Shown here in pieces: positions 12,833 through 26,277 of a DNA stretch of 64,000 bases. Source of the stretch: Salisapilia sapeloensis CBS 127946 (lineage: Eukaryota > Protista > Oomycota); the NCBI GenBank assembly GCA_023334545.1, contig JAADVB010000051.1, positions 1 to 64,000 on the forward strand. The letters run 5' to 3'. Positions within the stretch are counted from its first letter, which is position 1, and each line of letters opens with the position of its first letter. The position numbers were made by a program, and so were the translations under genes. The notes beneath the pieces are model-generated. The model ran no database searches. It saw only the letters and a program-made list of their open reading frames with translations, and was not told the origin of the DNA.

Positions 12833-13851
12833 ATGTCCAAGCCACTGCTCTCCTTCGGGTATGTTACCATGCAAATTAAAACGACATTGGATATTAAACT
12901 ATTTCTAGATTACTGACGGACGTCCAGTACGCGGATGTGGATGACGCATGGAACTTTCATCAAACCATGCGACGGTACTATCGTGGCGCTCTGCCATTGC
13001 TCGAGTCCGCCGTGGCAGACTGGGTGGAGGAATCCAAGTCGAAAGACAGTCAACTGAAGTTTCTAGTGAGCTTGGGCGACTTGATCGATGGAAAGAATAA
13101 AATGGCGGACACGTCGCGACCAGCTCTAGACGACGCAATCGCCGCTTTCCGTCCATTCCAACAGCATGTTGGCGATGTGCATCACGTCGTTGGCAACCAC
13201 GAACTGTACAATTTCCCTACCACGACCATATATGAAGAGCTATGCGGATCTAAAGCTCAAGAGTTTGATGGTTATTATGACTTTACGGTCCCATCTGCTC
13301 CAAACGTACGCTTCATCTTTCTCAATTGCTATGGACTATCCGTCCTCGGACGAGATGCAGATCATCCAGTTGCAAAAGAAGCAACTGAATTGATCCGAAA
13401 GGTGAATCCAAACGACAGTCTCAATTCGCCAGAAGGACTTCCTATGGATCGAAGGAGGTTTGTGGCGTTCAACGGTGCCATCGATGCACGTCAGATGCAA
13501 TGGCTGGAAGAAACGTTGACGCAGGCTGAGGATGAAAAGCAGGATGTGGTCATCTTCACCCACGTCCCGATCCATCCAGACTCGGCCGTTCCAGTGTGCA
13601 TGCTATGGAACTACCCAGAAGTATTGGCTTTATTGAATCGACATCACAAGTGCGTCCGAGCTGTCTTCTCTGGTCACTCGCATGAAGACGCGTATGTAGA
13701 AGAGAATGGGATCCATTATGTCGTATCGGATGCCATTCTCGAATGTGCATCGCACGAAACGGCATATGCAACTGTGCACGTTCATTCAGATCGACTGGAA
13801 ATTGTTGGGAGAGGCAAAGTACCATGCCGCGTGCTGCCGTTTAAGTCATAG
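12833..13851 (+). CDS. ADPRM: Mn-dependent ADP-ribose/CDP-alcohol diphosphatase
   Basis: MSKPLLSFG|LLTDVQYAD joined through an intron at 12859-12908. Metallophosphoesterase motifs LGDLIDG, GNHE, FTHVPIH and FSGHSH are present. Confidence 0.9.
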
Positions 13852-13949
13852 ACGAACATGTTTTGCTTTACTGAAGAGGGGAAAATGGTTTTCTTTCAAT
13901 TCGCTTAAGAAAAAAAGGACTTGTATTTACCCCGCTGTCATCTCTTGAT

Positions 13950-14348
13950 TTAGTGGTGCTCCGCGCTGGATTCCGCGTGGGCCTCCGCCTGCTTCTTGGC
14001 CGGACCTAGTAGCATGTATTAGGATCATTTCTTATCGTCAGTAAAAAGATGTTAAAACGTACGGTGGTGGCACCAGTACTCGATGAAGCATCCAGCAGCA
14101 CCAGTGAGGAGCATCATGTGGACAATCGGCTTGGAGCTACCAGTGTAGAGGAAGCGTTCGCCATATCCCTGCGCCCAAGCGTGGAAGCGGGAAGTCGGGG
14201 CAGCCGTCGAGCGAGCGGCGATACCAGCACGAGCACGGGAAACGAGGTTGGCAGTCGCAGCACGGGAGGCCTGGTACTCCTTCTCAAGCTGCTGCGGGTT
14301 CGTGTCCGCGAGCTTGCGGATCTCGTCGAGCGTGTACTCCTTGGACAT
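13950..14348 (-). CDS. ATP17: Mitochondrial F1Fo ATP synthase subunit f (ATP17-like)
   Basis: ATG at 14348 and an intron at 14006-14062. WAQGYGERFLYTGSSKPIVHMM...IEYWCHHR matches the W..Y...Y...S..P..H....EY..H pattern of subunit f. The His-containing end is AEHH. Confidence 0.65.
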
Positions 14349-14602
14349 GGTCACGTCTCCTTTGGTTGTTTTCGGCTTTGTACGCCACAAACGTCATTTC
14401 ACTTGATGTTTGTATCGAAGCAACAGAATGGTACATTCATGGTGTCGTCTACCGCAGGATTCGGCGTGACAGAATAGTTTAATGTCGCAGTGGCATTGTG
14501 TAAATCACGGCCGCATCTAGTAGATCGACGTGATGGGCCAGATGGAGATCGTTTTCCGGCGGTTACGACGTCATATCTAGATAAGAGTGAGCCAGAGGAT
14601 AG

Positions 14603-16828
<2,226 letters not shown>

Positions 16829-16889
16829 CTTGTGCATACGTGATAAAGAAGAGTGCATGCATATTCTTTATTCAATCTTACGTACCATC

Positions 16890-18225
16890 TTACTCTTCAC
16901 GTTTCTGACGTTTCGATGCTTTTAACTCGTCAAAGAAGGACGTAATGTCCTCGGCACGGACCGTCTTCTTGCTATTAGCAAAGTCTGAAAGATAAGCCTG
17001 TAGCTTGGTCTTCATGTCGTTGTATCCGATTGCCATTTCCACTTGCTGCTCGTGCGATAGAGTGGATTGGAACGCTTGTTCCGCACGTTGTTCAGCGGAC
17101 TCTCGGTTCTGAGCTTTCGCTCGAGCTTCATATACGTGGATTGAATCTTCCGGGTCAAGAAGGAAGTCGATGTGGTGCTTTTCGAACAGCGTGACGCACT
17201 TGTTACAATTGCAAAACTCGTCTCTCCACTGTTTCTGACAAAAGATAGGCTTTGGCTCTTGGGCTGCTTGAGATTTATCTAGCTCTGTCTGCTTTTGTTC
17301 CAAGATGCAGCCGTCTGCATTCTCTTTGGGAGTGTCAGAAGTGAGGTGATAAGTGAGCAAGAACGGATGAGCTTTGATGCAGCTCTGACACACGAACTCA
17401 TCACAATCCTCCGGTAGCGTCGTCGTTTCGGAATTTTCGTCCAAATGTTCTTGGTGGAGCCAATCTTCGCATACGACGCATTGGACCATCACTTCTGGTG
17501 TTGTACGCTCTGGGTCTGGGAACGGTCGTTCGCATGTGCAATACTTGCCATCGAAATTATGCGAATAACGGTTCTGGTCGTTCACAGGGGCCTTGTCAGG
17601 CACGAGTTGGCATTCCAAAGCTATAGGTATAGATATGAGTAATTCGAACAGAATCGACAAGTACTTGAGGATGTGATAATGGTTACCGTTCGGAAATTTC
17701 TTGTTACCACAGTCACATCTGAAATGACGCTTGGTGTACAGCTCCACGAGCTCATGATCCGCATGACAACTGTAGCTGCATGCCTATTGCCTTGCACATA
17801 AGACTGTGATCATATTTGTTTATCAGCATGCTAAACGTACCAGACAAACTCCAGCTTGTTTACTTGACTCGTCGGACGGAGGAGTGCACGTCATGCATGC
17901 ATACAGAGCCTAAGAAGACCGTTTTCATAAATACTGCATGTACCTTATTTCAAATACACAGTTATACCTGACGAATATAACCCATTGGATAGCTGCAGTT
18001 GGCGTCACTCGAGTCACCAAGCACAGCGTCTGCAGCTTCCGCCAGCTCGGACTCTTCAGCAATCACTTCATCCAGCGTCACAACATCTTCTTCATCATTC
18101 ACTTCATCCGTCGGATCTTGCGCAGTCTCATCTTTCTTTACAACTTCCAACTCATTGTTCGTTGTTTCCTGAGCTACCTTATCCTCCATCTCTTCCAACT
18201 TGGTATTCGCTTCGACTTGGTCCAT
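16890..18225 (-). CDS. UBR7: UBR-box/PHD E3 ligase UBR7
   Basis: VVTLDEVI...AVLGDSSDANCSYPMGYIRQ, ELYTKRHFRCDCGN, NRYSHNFDGKYCTCERPFPD, MVQCVVCEDWLH and a C-terminal EDITSFFDEL. Multi-exon. Confidence 0.92.
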
Positions 18226-18333
18226 TTATGCGTATTGGCGCCAAAATTAGCGTGTCTGAGTACAAAAGAAAAGAAAACAACACATCAATCTGTCTTTAAA
18301 TTTCCGACATTCTGACTGGAGCTACGTCTACAC

Positions 18334-21300
18334 CTACATTTCATTCGCAAGCGCCGCGAGGTCCTTAAAGTCCGTCAAGAGTTCCGTAAGCTCATTTCCG
18401 TACTTGGTGGCAAACGTAATCTCTTCTCTTGCTGTCGTGTTTGGAGAAGTCTTTAGCAGACAAATCTTGTACTGATGACTCGATCCGCCATAGTACGCAA
18501 TGTCTGCAAAGTCACAAAAGGCTAGAATATCTCCATTCGAGCCTAAGAAGTGCAGGCCGAGGCCATTGGCAGCCAGGACAAAGTAGTTGGGCAGATCGAC
18601 GCCGAGACATGCACCGACACCAGCATCCTTCTTGCTGCTCTTGCCACGATTGAACGACTTGCAAGCAAAGAAGACAGCGCCATACAGACGATGGCGGGAC
18701 ATGTCCTCTACATACATCTGCTGCAGCTCTTCCGGTGCAAGTAGCTCTCCGTCTTCCGCGATCAACTTGTCTTTCATCTCGTCTAGGATAAGTGTCGCCC
18801 ACTCTTCCTCGTCATGCAGAGGATGCCACTCGACTGGGACGTAGTCTAGGATGTTCATTTCGACAATGTCTTCCATCGAAAGCGGTGGTGCTTCGTCTCC
18901 CCAGTCGACACCAAGAGCAATCGCAGACAGCCGCACCACTTGATCCTCATCGTGCAATGGCAAGTGGCCTCGCACGACTTCATCGAGTACTTGGATGTAT
19001 ACGAGTCGGTCGTACATTTCTTCATGATATCGCACCATGTACGTCGGGAGTAGTCTCACCTTAAGCACGAACTTAGCTTCCCTCCCACGGATAATCTCTT
19101 GCTCAAAGACATCTCCGAGATGCGCATGACAGGACAAAAAGGTGCCAGTGCGGAACTTTTGGAAGTAGCTCCAGGCAGATGGAGACGATACGGAAGACTG
19201 GTCAAAGGACGAATCTGTCGGTGGAGCATCTTCACCTGACGTCAGGACTGAGACGGAGGATCGACGTGAGGTTGGAGGCGTCGCGATGGAACTAGAACGA
19301 CTGGATCGGAATTGCGCTCGCTCCGATACGACGCATAGACCGAGGTACTTGCTCACCTGATCTTCCAGCCCGAGGAAGTCGGCACAGATCTCGACCATGT
19401 TCTCTGCTGTGATCTCCGGTGAGACGGGGAATCCTTCGGCTAGAGGCGTACCATCCAATAGCTCAATCGATCCGAGGAACGGAGGACTCATCTCATACGC
19501 TCGAATCTCTGGTGTGCTCGGTAAAAAGCCGGATGCACCATCAGCAAGTAAGTTTTCTAGTTTCTTCAACGCGTAGGAAGCATAGCTTTTCACAAGTCTC
19601 CAGAAGCCATTGGACTCGGCGACTTGTGCTTTTAAGAAGAGAATGACATGCTTTTGTAATGCTTCTGAAGGTGGAAAGCACGAAGCACAGAGTGCTATGA
19701 GCGACCAGCCACGGATGTTGCTGTCTCGCTTCGGGTTCTTCGTCAACTGCTTCATCAGCTGGACGTAGATCTCATCCACGAGAGAGGAGCGAGTGAGACC
19801 TACCTGTAGCACATACTGCGCCAGCATCTCCCGATAGAAGACGATCCGATCGCGCGTGTATCCTAGGACGCAGCGATTGATAGCGAGTGCTAGCTGTGCA
19901 GAGGATGCGCAGTCGAGTACCGTCAGACTCTGCGTAATCGCTCGTCCTTCCCACTGTAACTTCTTCGCGATCGTCCGCTCTGAATTCGAGTGAAGACCTC
20001 TCAACCGCTCAAACTTCATGAAGGAAGTCGCTGCCTGTCTACGAGACGACTTGATTTCTTTCGGAGGACTCGCCTCGCCCTGATCATCATCGTCCGTCCA
20101 CTCCGCCGTGTCACTCCGCGCGCGCGTTTCAGCATCTTCCTCCGGTATGTCGGTACTAAAGTCACCGTTGATAAACGGAGGCGTGTCATCACTTAGTCCA
20201 CGTAGCTTTTCATTCGCTGCTTCTAGCACCTCGTCATGAACATTCGCTTTCTTTGCTTCTTCCATAGCTGGCTCTAACGTCTCCACCGACAAGAGTTCCA
20301 GCGGTAGTTTACACAACTGTTGAAGCCTCGACCCGGCCGACAGACACGCTTCAGCTCGATATCGTACTTCAGCAGCATTCTCGACGATCGAAGTGACTTC
20401 GGAGTTCCCTTCGAACGACGCTGTGCGGAAGAAGACTTCTGTCTGATTATCAATGAGTGCCAGAACGTCTTGTCGGATCTCACTCTTCTGCTGCAAACGA
20501 TTAGACACGAAGCGTACGGCAGCAACAAGTCCGGATTCTGTCTCCAACGTCTCCTCCCCGATATTCAGTAACGCATCTACCTTTTCAAACAGACTTTTCA
20601 AGAGTGGAGGACAGTATCCGACACCTAAAGCATCCTCCATGGCTGTTTCAATGAACGACATGTCCGAGATCTCAGCTGCCTGTCGAAGCTGTTCATCGAG
20701 CTCCGACACGCGTTTCAATCGTTCGTGCTTTGCATCTACAAACTCCATCAGCGCAGACGGTATGGAGGACTCGATGGACTTTAATTGCTCTAGTTCCTCA
20801 GCCTGCCACACGTCCAGCATGCTCTGTACGATTCGTAGCGTATCTGCCTCCGTCGAGCTCCTTCCTCTCGTCTCAATCGGCGCTTCCTCTCCATCCGAAA
20901 GACGCTCCAAGTCGCTCTCAGCACTTTTTAAATTCACATTCCACTTGGCAATGCCAGCTTTCGTTGCGCTTTTCACCGCATCTCGAAGCAACTGAACATC
21001 TTGTGCAGTGCGCGCAATCGCTAGGAACTTGATAACGTGTTTGCGATGGAGAGACGGGTCTTCGAGATGTCCTTCCTTTTCCAAATACTCCTCTGCTTGC
21101 GTCACTAGCGCATCCTTGACGTCTAAAGAGTTGAGCACACGAATGATTTTGTTCACAGCAAACAAATTCTCTTCATCCATGGCAGCTTGTAGTGCCTCCA
21201 GGACGTTTGGGAGATTCGACTCGGTGCTGTGGGCGACCAATCGAGGTGCTGTTTCGACCTCGTCATCCTGGAGAGTTGCCCAAGACGACAGCCACTTGAG

Positions 21301-24300
21301 AAACTCACTGCATCTGTCTTCCACGCCTAATCCAACGACTTTCGTGGCCAGAGGCAAGTACGTCTGGAGGACAGTCGATACGTCCAGTTCCTCTGGATCC
21401 ATGTTACGTGTAGCCCCGACAAGTCCTTCCACTGCTCCCTTCTCCTCCATCGCTCGAATAACCGTTTGCGTCGCCAGCTTCCGTTCGAGCGAATCGTCAG
21501 ACGGATCCTGGACCTCCGCCAAGGTCCCCATGAGTCCTTCTACATCTCCTGCCAGAATGAATTGACGCAGTTTACTATTAAGTACCCCAGCACTCTGCTT
21601 TCTAGTCCTCGTCTTCTGGTCTACCTCCATCTTTTCTCTACACTTATCCAGTTCTACTTTGACACGACGTGCGCTTGATGCACTTGGACAGTACTTGTCT
21701 GCCTGTGTAAGAGCATACGCAAGCACAGCTTCATGACCAGATAAGAGTGCATCGTCTGCAATGGAGTTTACGTATGCCTCATCGTCATTACTAGAAGTCA
21801 TGTCCTTGGCAGCTTGGACGACACGAATGTCACTCGCCATCTCTTTCCCCAAAATCTGTTCACAGTCTGACACGTGCTGGACAATGTACGTCACTTGTCT
21901 CTCTTTCATGGCTTCACGTAGTTCTCGAAGGACGTAGAGGAGACGAGCGTACTTCCGCTTGTATATGCTTTTAACCAGATTGTGCTGAAGCAGTTCAGCT
22001 CGGTCATTCAAAAACTCATTCCGCTGCTTTTCCAACAATCGATGCTGACGACTGGTTAGATACACTTTTAGCTTCCCGACGACATGTTGGTCGTCCAGGA
22101 GAAGACCTACTGTCTGCAAAGCACTCACGAGAGACTGTAGCGACGACCTGTTGCCACATATCCTACGGTATCGTCGGAAGAACTGTGTACAGGACAAGTG
22201 GACGGTAAAAATAGCTTTCGACGACTTGCATAATTCTACTAGCTGCGCGTCTTGAATCTGAGCATGCACAAGCTCAGCGTCGATGTGATCTTGCTCTAGA
22301 TCTTCACTAGGCTTGATACACATGACAAAGTGCTTGCCTGTATGCTCGAGAGCATGCAGTAAAGCCCCTGCTTGATCCATCACTTGTGTCGATGTACTCG
22401 GTGGCTTCCCACCCGAAGGTTTCGCTTCACCGGAAGGCTCATGCTTACCGAGACCAGGAGCACGTTTATTACCGGATGTGTCTTTCGCAGCCGCCACTTG
22501 AGCAGCACCAACGGCGTGCAGCACAGCGTTCTTCGAAGACTGCATGATGGCACCACATGTGGACGAGATGCTCATCGTATTACGCTCCGAGAAGCTCTTA
22601 CCACTGTACATGACCTCGCCACCATAGTGTCTGACGGTGAAGAGCAGTCGGTACTCTTTAGCGTTTCCTAAAAACTGTTCCGAGGCAGTAGCGTCGATAT
22701 TCGGACGAGTGAGCCATGGGAGACCGTCGTTACCAGCAATGATCTTCGCGACAAGGTCCTCGTCACTAGGAGATCGGACTTTACTGTGTTCATTCAAGAG
22801 CGGGAAGAGACCAAACGGTGCTTCTTCAAATAGACTCAGACGTTGATTCTGTTCTTCCAGCAATCCCGAGTTACTATGCGCAGTCAATTTGTTTTCAACG
22901 TGCTGAGGTTCATCTTCTAGACCAGAGAAACTAGCCGCAAATGTACTTTGCATGTAAAAGCTCCGGAGCTTTTCACTCCAATAGTTACTACACAACTGGT
23001 CAAATCCACTCGGCGCATTCTCTAGTTGCTCCATCCCGATCGGATCAAGTACATGAATGCCTTGACTGTCCGCGACTAGATTGGATTTTTCATACTTGTC
23101 GAAGATACCTCCGAGGATACCATTCATGGTTTCGACGAGGAAGCTAAAGAGTGACTCATAGACACTGCGAATAAAAGTACTACGAGCTCGACGAGCTTGC
23201 TGGACGGTCACGATCTTAAGCGACGACATGGACTTGTCTTTGGAAAAGAACTGGCGCGTCCGAAAGTAGTTGTCCAACACGACAGGTTCTACGTCTAAGA
23301 GTTTTGCTGCGAGAACGAGCTGGTTCCGATCCTTTAATTTGCATCCAGGAGACGAAGACGAAGCGCCCTCGTTGTCTGCATTGCCGTCTGGGTCGACGAC
23401 AAAGTCGACGTTTCCTAGATGCAGCAACGCAGCGACGATACGAATGATCTCGATGCGCTGATTCTTTCGAATACGCAAAGCTGAGAAACTGGACATGAGG
23501 TCCCGATAGCTGCTTGCGTCCTCCGCACTATCCGTCGGCAGTGTCATCCCCTTTCGTAGGAGTTCAAAGTCTGCTGGAGATCGATTCAGATCCAATGCGT
23601 CTCGTAAAGCCGGATCATGCTGCATTCCAGTGAGTACTTGGTAAAACACGTGAAAGTTACGCTCGCCATCACGTGGGCTAATCACCCGCGTGCGTTCAAA
23701 ATAGTGATTTGTGAACCCTCCTCCAATGACATGACCTTGACGACTGAACTCGACGCTCACCATCTTGGCAAAGCGCGAGGAATTCGCGTTCTGAGGCGTA
23801 GCAGCATTTCCGAACGCTTCGAGGACTGTAAAGGCATGCAAGACCTGCTGGCCGATAGGCTGGAGAGCAGTCGTTTCCGACTCGGTATCGACATTCCCTC
23901 CTTCTCCGACTTCGCACAGATGCTGCACCATGAGTTTCGCTGCTTCCGACTTGCCACTGCCCATGGTTCCTTGGACGATAATAGCCTGGTCTTCCCCACC
24001 CTCCTGCATCGCTCGAATGGCATTCTGAGCCACAGCAAAGACGTGAGGTGCTTCTGCTAGCTCTGACGCGTCTTTCTTCCGATAGTACGCCTGCATGTGC
24101 TCTGGTGTGTAGATTGGGAGAGGCTGGACTGGATTGACACTAATGAGGACACGATCTGCCCACGTATAGATTTGCTCCGTTCGAAAGCGAGCGCATAACG
24201 TATGCAATACAAGTTGCTCTAGTTGTTCATCCGTAAAGGTTTCTACATTGTTTCTAGTCCGCTGTTCCAAAGGGATGGACGCAAAGTCATTTAGTTCGGA

Positions 24301-24783
24301 GGGAGGGAGGGACTTGGGATGGTGGGGCCACGGGAGCTTGATGACGTGAGTGTCCCGAAGCTCCCGCTCCTCCCCATCCTCCGTATGCACGACCGTCACG
24401 GCCTGCTCCTTGCCTGTCACTGCATCATACAGGAAACCTGCGCGAACGACTTCCGCCGGTGTGCACATGATATCCATGTCGTTCACCCAGACAAAGTCTC
24501 CTTCTTCAATGGGTTGCTGCGGTGCGGGACGAGAGCCATTTTGTCGTTTATTAGGAGAGCTACTTGCGTGGCCATTTTGAAGGCCATCAAAGTCCTCTAC
24601 TTCAGGAGAGTTATGTAGACTTTGAGCAGAAGGTGGCCGCGACTGTTTTCGATTCATAACTGGAGTGGAAGCGTGGCGACTGAGTGGTTTGTTTGGTCGT
24701 GTGCCCAAGGACGTGACGACACCAGAAGCTTGGTCGCTCTCGTTACGACCATTGTCCGTCGCAGAGAACGAACCTCGCTGCAT
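18334..24783 (-). CDS. Unconventional myosin with MyTH4-FERM tail
   Basis: Motor domain (VLISVNP, PHVFAVA, GTMGSGKS, LEAFGNA..PQNANSSRF, FTVRHYGGEVMY), MyTH4 (VDEIYVQLMKQLTKNP...RGWSLIALCASCFPPS) and FERM (LYGAVFF). A single 2149-codon ORF; short extra 5' exons are possible. Confidence 0.9.
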   Translation of the reverse strand: MQRGSFSATDNGRNESDQASGVVTSLGTRPNKPLSRHASTPVMNRKQSRPPSAQSLHNSPEVEDFDGLQNGHASSSPNKRQNGSRPAPQQPIEEGDFVWVNDMDIMCTPAEVVRAGFLYDAVTGKEQAVTVVHTEDGEERELRDTHVIKLPWPHHPKSLPPSELNDFASIPLEQRTRNNVETFTDEQLEQLVLHTLCARFRTEQIYTWADRVLISVNPVQPLPIYTPEHMQAYYRKKDASELAEAPHVFAVAQNAIRAMQEGGEDQAIIVQGTMGSGKSEAAKLMVQHLCEVGEGGNVDTESETTALQPIGQQVLHAFTVLEAFGNAATPQNANSSRFAKMVSVEFSRQGHVIGGGFTNHYFERTRVISPRDGERNFHVFYQVLTGMQHDPALRDALDLNRSPADFELLRKGMTLPTDSAEDASSYRDLMSSFSALRIRKNQRIEIIRIVAALLHLGNVDFVVDPDGNADNEGASSSSPGCKLKDRNQLVLAAKLLDVEPVVLDNYFRTRQFFSKDKSMSSLKIVTVQQARRARSTFIRSVYESLFSFLVETMNGILGGIFDKYEKSNLVADSQGIHVLDPIGMEQLENAPSGFDQLCSNYWSEKLRSFYMQSTFAASFSGLEDEPQHVENKLTAHSNSGLLEEQNQRLSLFEEAPFGLFPLLNEHSKVRSPSDEDLVAKIIAGNDGLPWLTRPNIDATASEQFLGNAKEYRLLFTVRHYGGEVMYSGKSFSERNTMSISSTCGAIMQSSKNAVLHAVGAAQVAAAKDTSGNKRAPGLGKHEPSGEAKPSGGKPPSTSTQVMDQAGALLHALEHTGKHFVMCIKPSEDLEQDHIDAELVHAQIQDAQLVELCKSSKAIFTVHLSCTQFFRRYRRICGNRSSLQSLVSALQTVGLLLDDQHVVGKLKVYLTSRQHRLLEKQRNEFLNDRAELLQHNLVKSIYKRKYARLLYVLRELREAMKERQVTYIVQHVSDCEQILGKEMASDIRVVQAAKDMTSSNDDEAYVNSIADDALLSGHEAVLAYALTQADKYCPSASSARRVKVELDKCREKMEVDQKTRTRKQSAGVLNSKLRQFILAGDVEGLMGTLAEVQDPSDDSLERKLATQTVIRAMEEKGAVEGLVGATRNMDPEELDVSTVLQTYLPLATKVVGLGVEDRCSEFLKWLSSWATLQDDEVETAPRLVAHSTESNLPNVLEALQAAMDEENLFAVNKIIRVLNSLDVKDALVTQAEEYLEKEGHLEDPSLHRKHVIKFLAIARTAQDVQLLRDAVKSATKAGIAKWNVNLKSAESDLERLSDGEEAPIETRGRSSTEADTLRIVQSMLDVWQAEELEQLKSIESSIPSALMEFVDAKHERLKRVSELDEQLRQAAEISDMSFIETAMEDALGVGYCPPLLKSLFEKVDALLNIGEETLETESGLVAAVRFVSNRLQQKSEIRQDVLALIDNQTEVFFRTASFEGNSEVTSIVENAAEVRYRAEACLSAGSRLQQLCKLPLELLSVETLEPAMEEAKKANVHDEVLEAANEKLRGLSDDTPPFINGDFSTDIPEEDAETRARSDTAEWTDDDDQGEASPPKEIKSSRRQAATSFMKFERLRGLHSNSERTIAKKLQWEGRAITQSLTVLDCASSAQLALAINRCVLGYTRDRIVFYREMLAQYVLQVGLTRSSLVDEIYVQLMKQLTKNPKRDSNIRGWSLIALCASCFPPSEALQKHVILFLKAQVAESNGFWRLVKSYASYALKKLENLLADGASGFLPSTPEIRAYEMSPPFLGSIELLDGTPLAEGFPVSPEITAENMVEICADFLGLEDQVSKYLGLCVVSERAQFRSSRSSSIATPPTSRRSSVSVLTSGEDAPPTDSSFDQSSVSSPSAWSYFQKFRTGTFLSCHAHLGDVFEQEIIRGREAKFVLKVRLLPTYMVRYHEEMYDRLVYIQVLDEVVRGHLPLHDEDQVVRLSAIALGVDWGDEAPPLSMEDIVEMNILDYVPVEWHPLHDEEEWATLILDEMKDKLIAEDGELLAPEELQQMYVEDMSRHRLYGAVFFACKSFNRGKSSKKDAGVGACLGVDLPNYFVLAANGLGLHFLGSNGDILAFCDFADIAYYGGSSHQYKICLLKTSPNTTAREEITFATKYGNELTELLTDFKDLAALANEM

Positions 24784-25099
24784 ATTGTAGTAGGTGAGAA
24801 AAGTACACTGAAGGGAAACGGAGTCTCGAAAGCACGTTGGTCAAGGGAGAGTATGCTGGACTCTGTCGCGTCGCCAGTTCGAGGCACAGCTTCCTCGTTT
24901 TAGGCAGTGTGCGTGCGAAAGAAAAGATAAATCAATTTCTTTCGTTCGCCTCTACCTCGATCTTCGGATGGGCAATTTCTATACGATTCCTGTCGCTCCA
25001 TGAATGCTGTACAACGAACGACGACAAGATCAAGTCGGTGAAAACGGATTGTTTTCGAGACGGATAGAAAGACACATGCAGACGTTGTACAGGCTCCAG

Positions 25100-26077
25100 T
25101 TATGGATTGTATTGGACGATTAAAACCGATTCGAGTGTCGCATCGAGCGTGCGCTGGATTGCTTTCTTGGTAGCCTTGCGGTCTGTGACGGCATCCTTCT
25201 TCTCAAGTTTTGATAGGATTGCCTTGCAAAGCTCTTTCTTTTTCATCCGGTGCTCCGGTGCTTTCTTTAATACCTTGCGTGCGCTCTTGATATACTTTCT
25301 GCCTTCCTCGTCTACATTTTCATCTGTACTCTTCATTTTGGTCCTAGCGATCATTTTCTTAGTGGAAATGTTGTCGTCTGCGTCTACTAGTTCCAGTAGT
25401 TTATCCGTCTCGAGCATCTGACTGTCTTTAGGTTGCAGAGTAGCCGATCGTGCATTGACTTCCTGCCGCAATTCCTTCAACGATAGTGATTTAGAGGATT
25501 GGTATTTTAATGTCGCTCGAATCAGTTCCTTCCAGTCTACTTTTTCCTGCGTGTCAGTCGTCTTTTGACGCTTTATTGGCTCTTGTTCTGGTGTTTCTTC
25601 TTCTGCTGACCGCTTGAGACTCTTCTCTTCAGTACTGTTGTTCGAATTCAAGGTATTAAAGAGACCTTCGTAGAGCTCCCAAATCTTCATCACATCCGCT
25701 TCACTCTGGATCCGAATACTGTTCTTGGCAAAATTCACGAATTTTGACTTTTTCCGAGGCACATTATCCTGCTCCGCAATGCGGTCCAATAAAGACTGCA
25801 AGTGGTTATTCCCATCAGCTTTCGCTTCTCGAACAACTTTCATCCACTTCTCTTGCGCAGTCATATTCTTGCTCTTATCCTTGCCCTTGTAAAGACTACG
25901 TTCGTATTTCTCTGCTTCAGACACGCATGTCGTGTGCTCTCGATAGTCATCTCCTTCAAATACAGCACTGCAATCCACACAGCTCACAGCCCAGCATTGA
26001 CGGCATCGACTGGCATGTGTATCCACCTTGTTCTTCCTCAACGTTTCATTACATCCTTCACATACAAAGAAGACCAT
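25100..26077 (-). CDS. LYAR: Cell growth-regulating nucleolar protein LYAR
   Basis: MVFFVCEGCNETLRKNKVDTHASRC...SCVDCSAVFEGDDYREHTTCVSEAEKYE double zinc finger, followed by a Lys-rich tail. Confidence 0.92.
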   Translation of the reverse strand: MVFFVCEGCNETLRKNKVDTHASRCRQCWAVSCVDCSAVFEGDDYREHTTCVSEAEKYERSLYKGKDKSKNMTAQEKWMKVVREAKADGNNHLQSLLDRIAEQDNVPRKKSKFVNFAKNSIRIQSEADVMKIWELYEGLFNTLNSNNSTEEKSLKRSAEEETPEQEPIKRQKTTDTQEKVDWKELIRATLKYQSSKSLSLKELRQEVNARSATLQPKDSQMLETDKLLELVDADDNISTKKMIARTKMKSTDENVDEEGRKYIKSARKVLKKAPEHRMKKKELCKAILSKLEKKDAVTDRKATKKAIQRTLDATLESVLIVQYNP

Positions 26078-26277
26078 GGCGAACGAGTACTGGGAGCTCG
26101 ATGACCAGTGAAATACACTTCAAGTTATGCTTTTATATCGAGAAGTTAAGGTATTAAAATGAACCGTGACCTTAGCCAACAAAAATGGAGATGATAGAAA
26201 TCTAGGCAACTTGTTATGCTTATTTACTACGTTTACATGTATGCCAACAAAGTCTTGCGATGACGATGATAAAGTTG

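Noticed and set aside
14049-14477. 142 aa plus-strand ORF
   Set aside because: Antisense to the spliced ATP synthase subunit f-like gene, which has family motifs.
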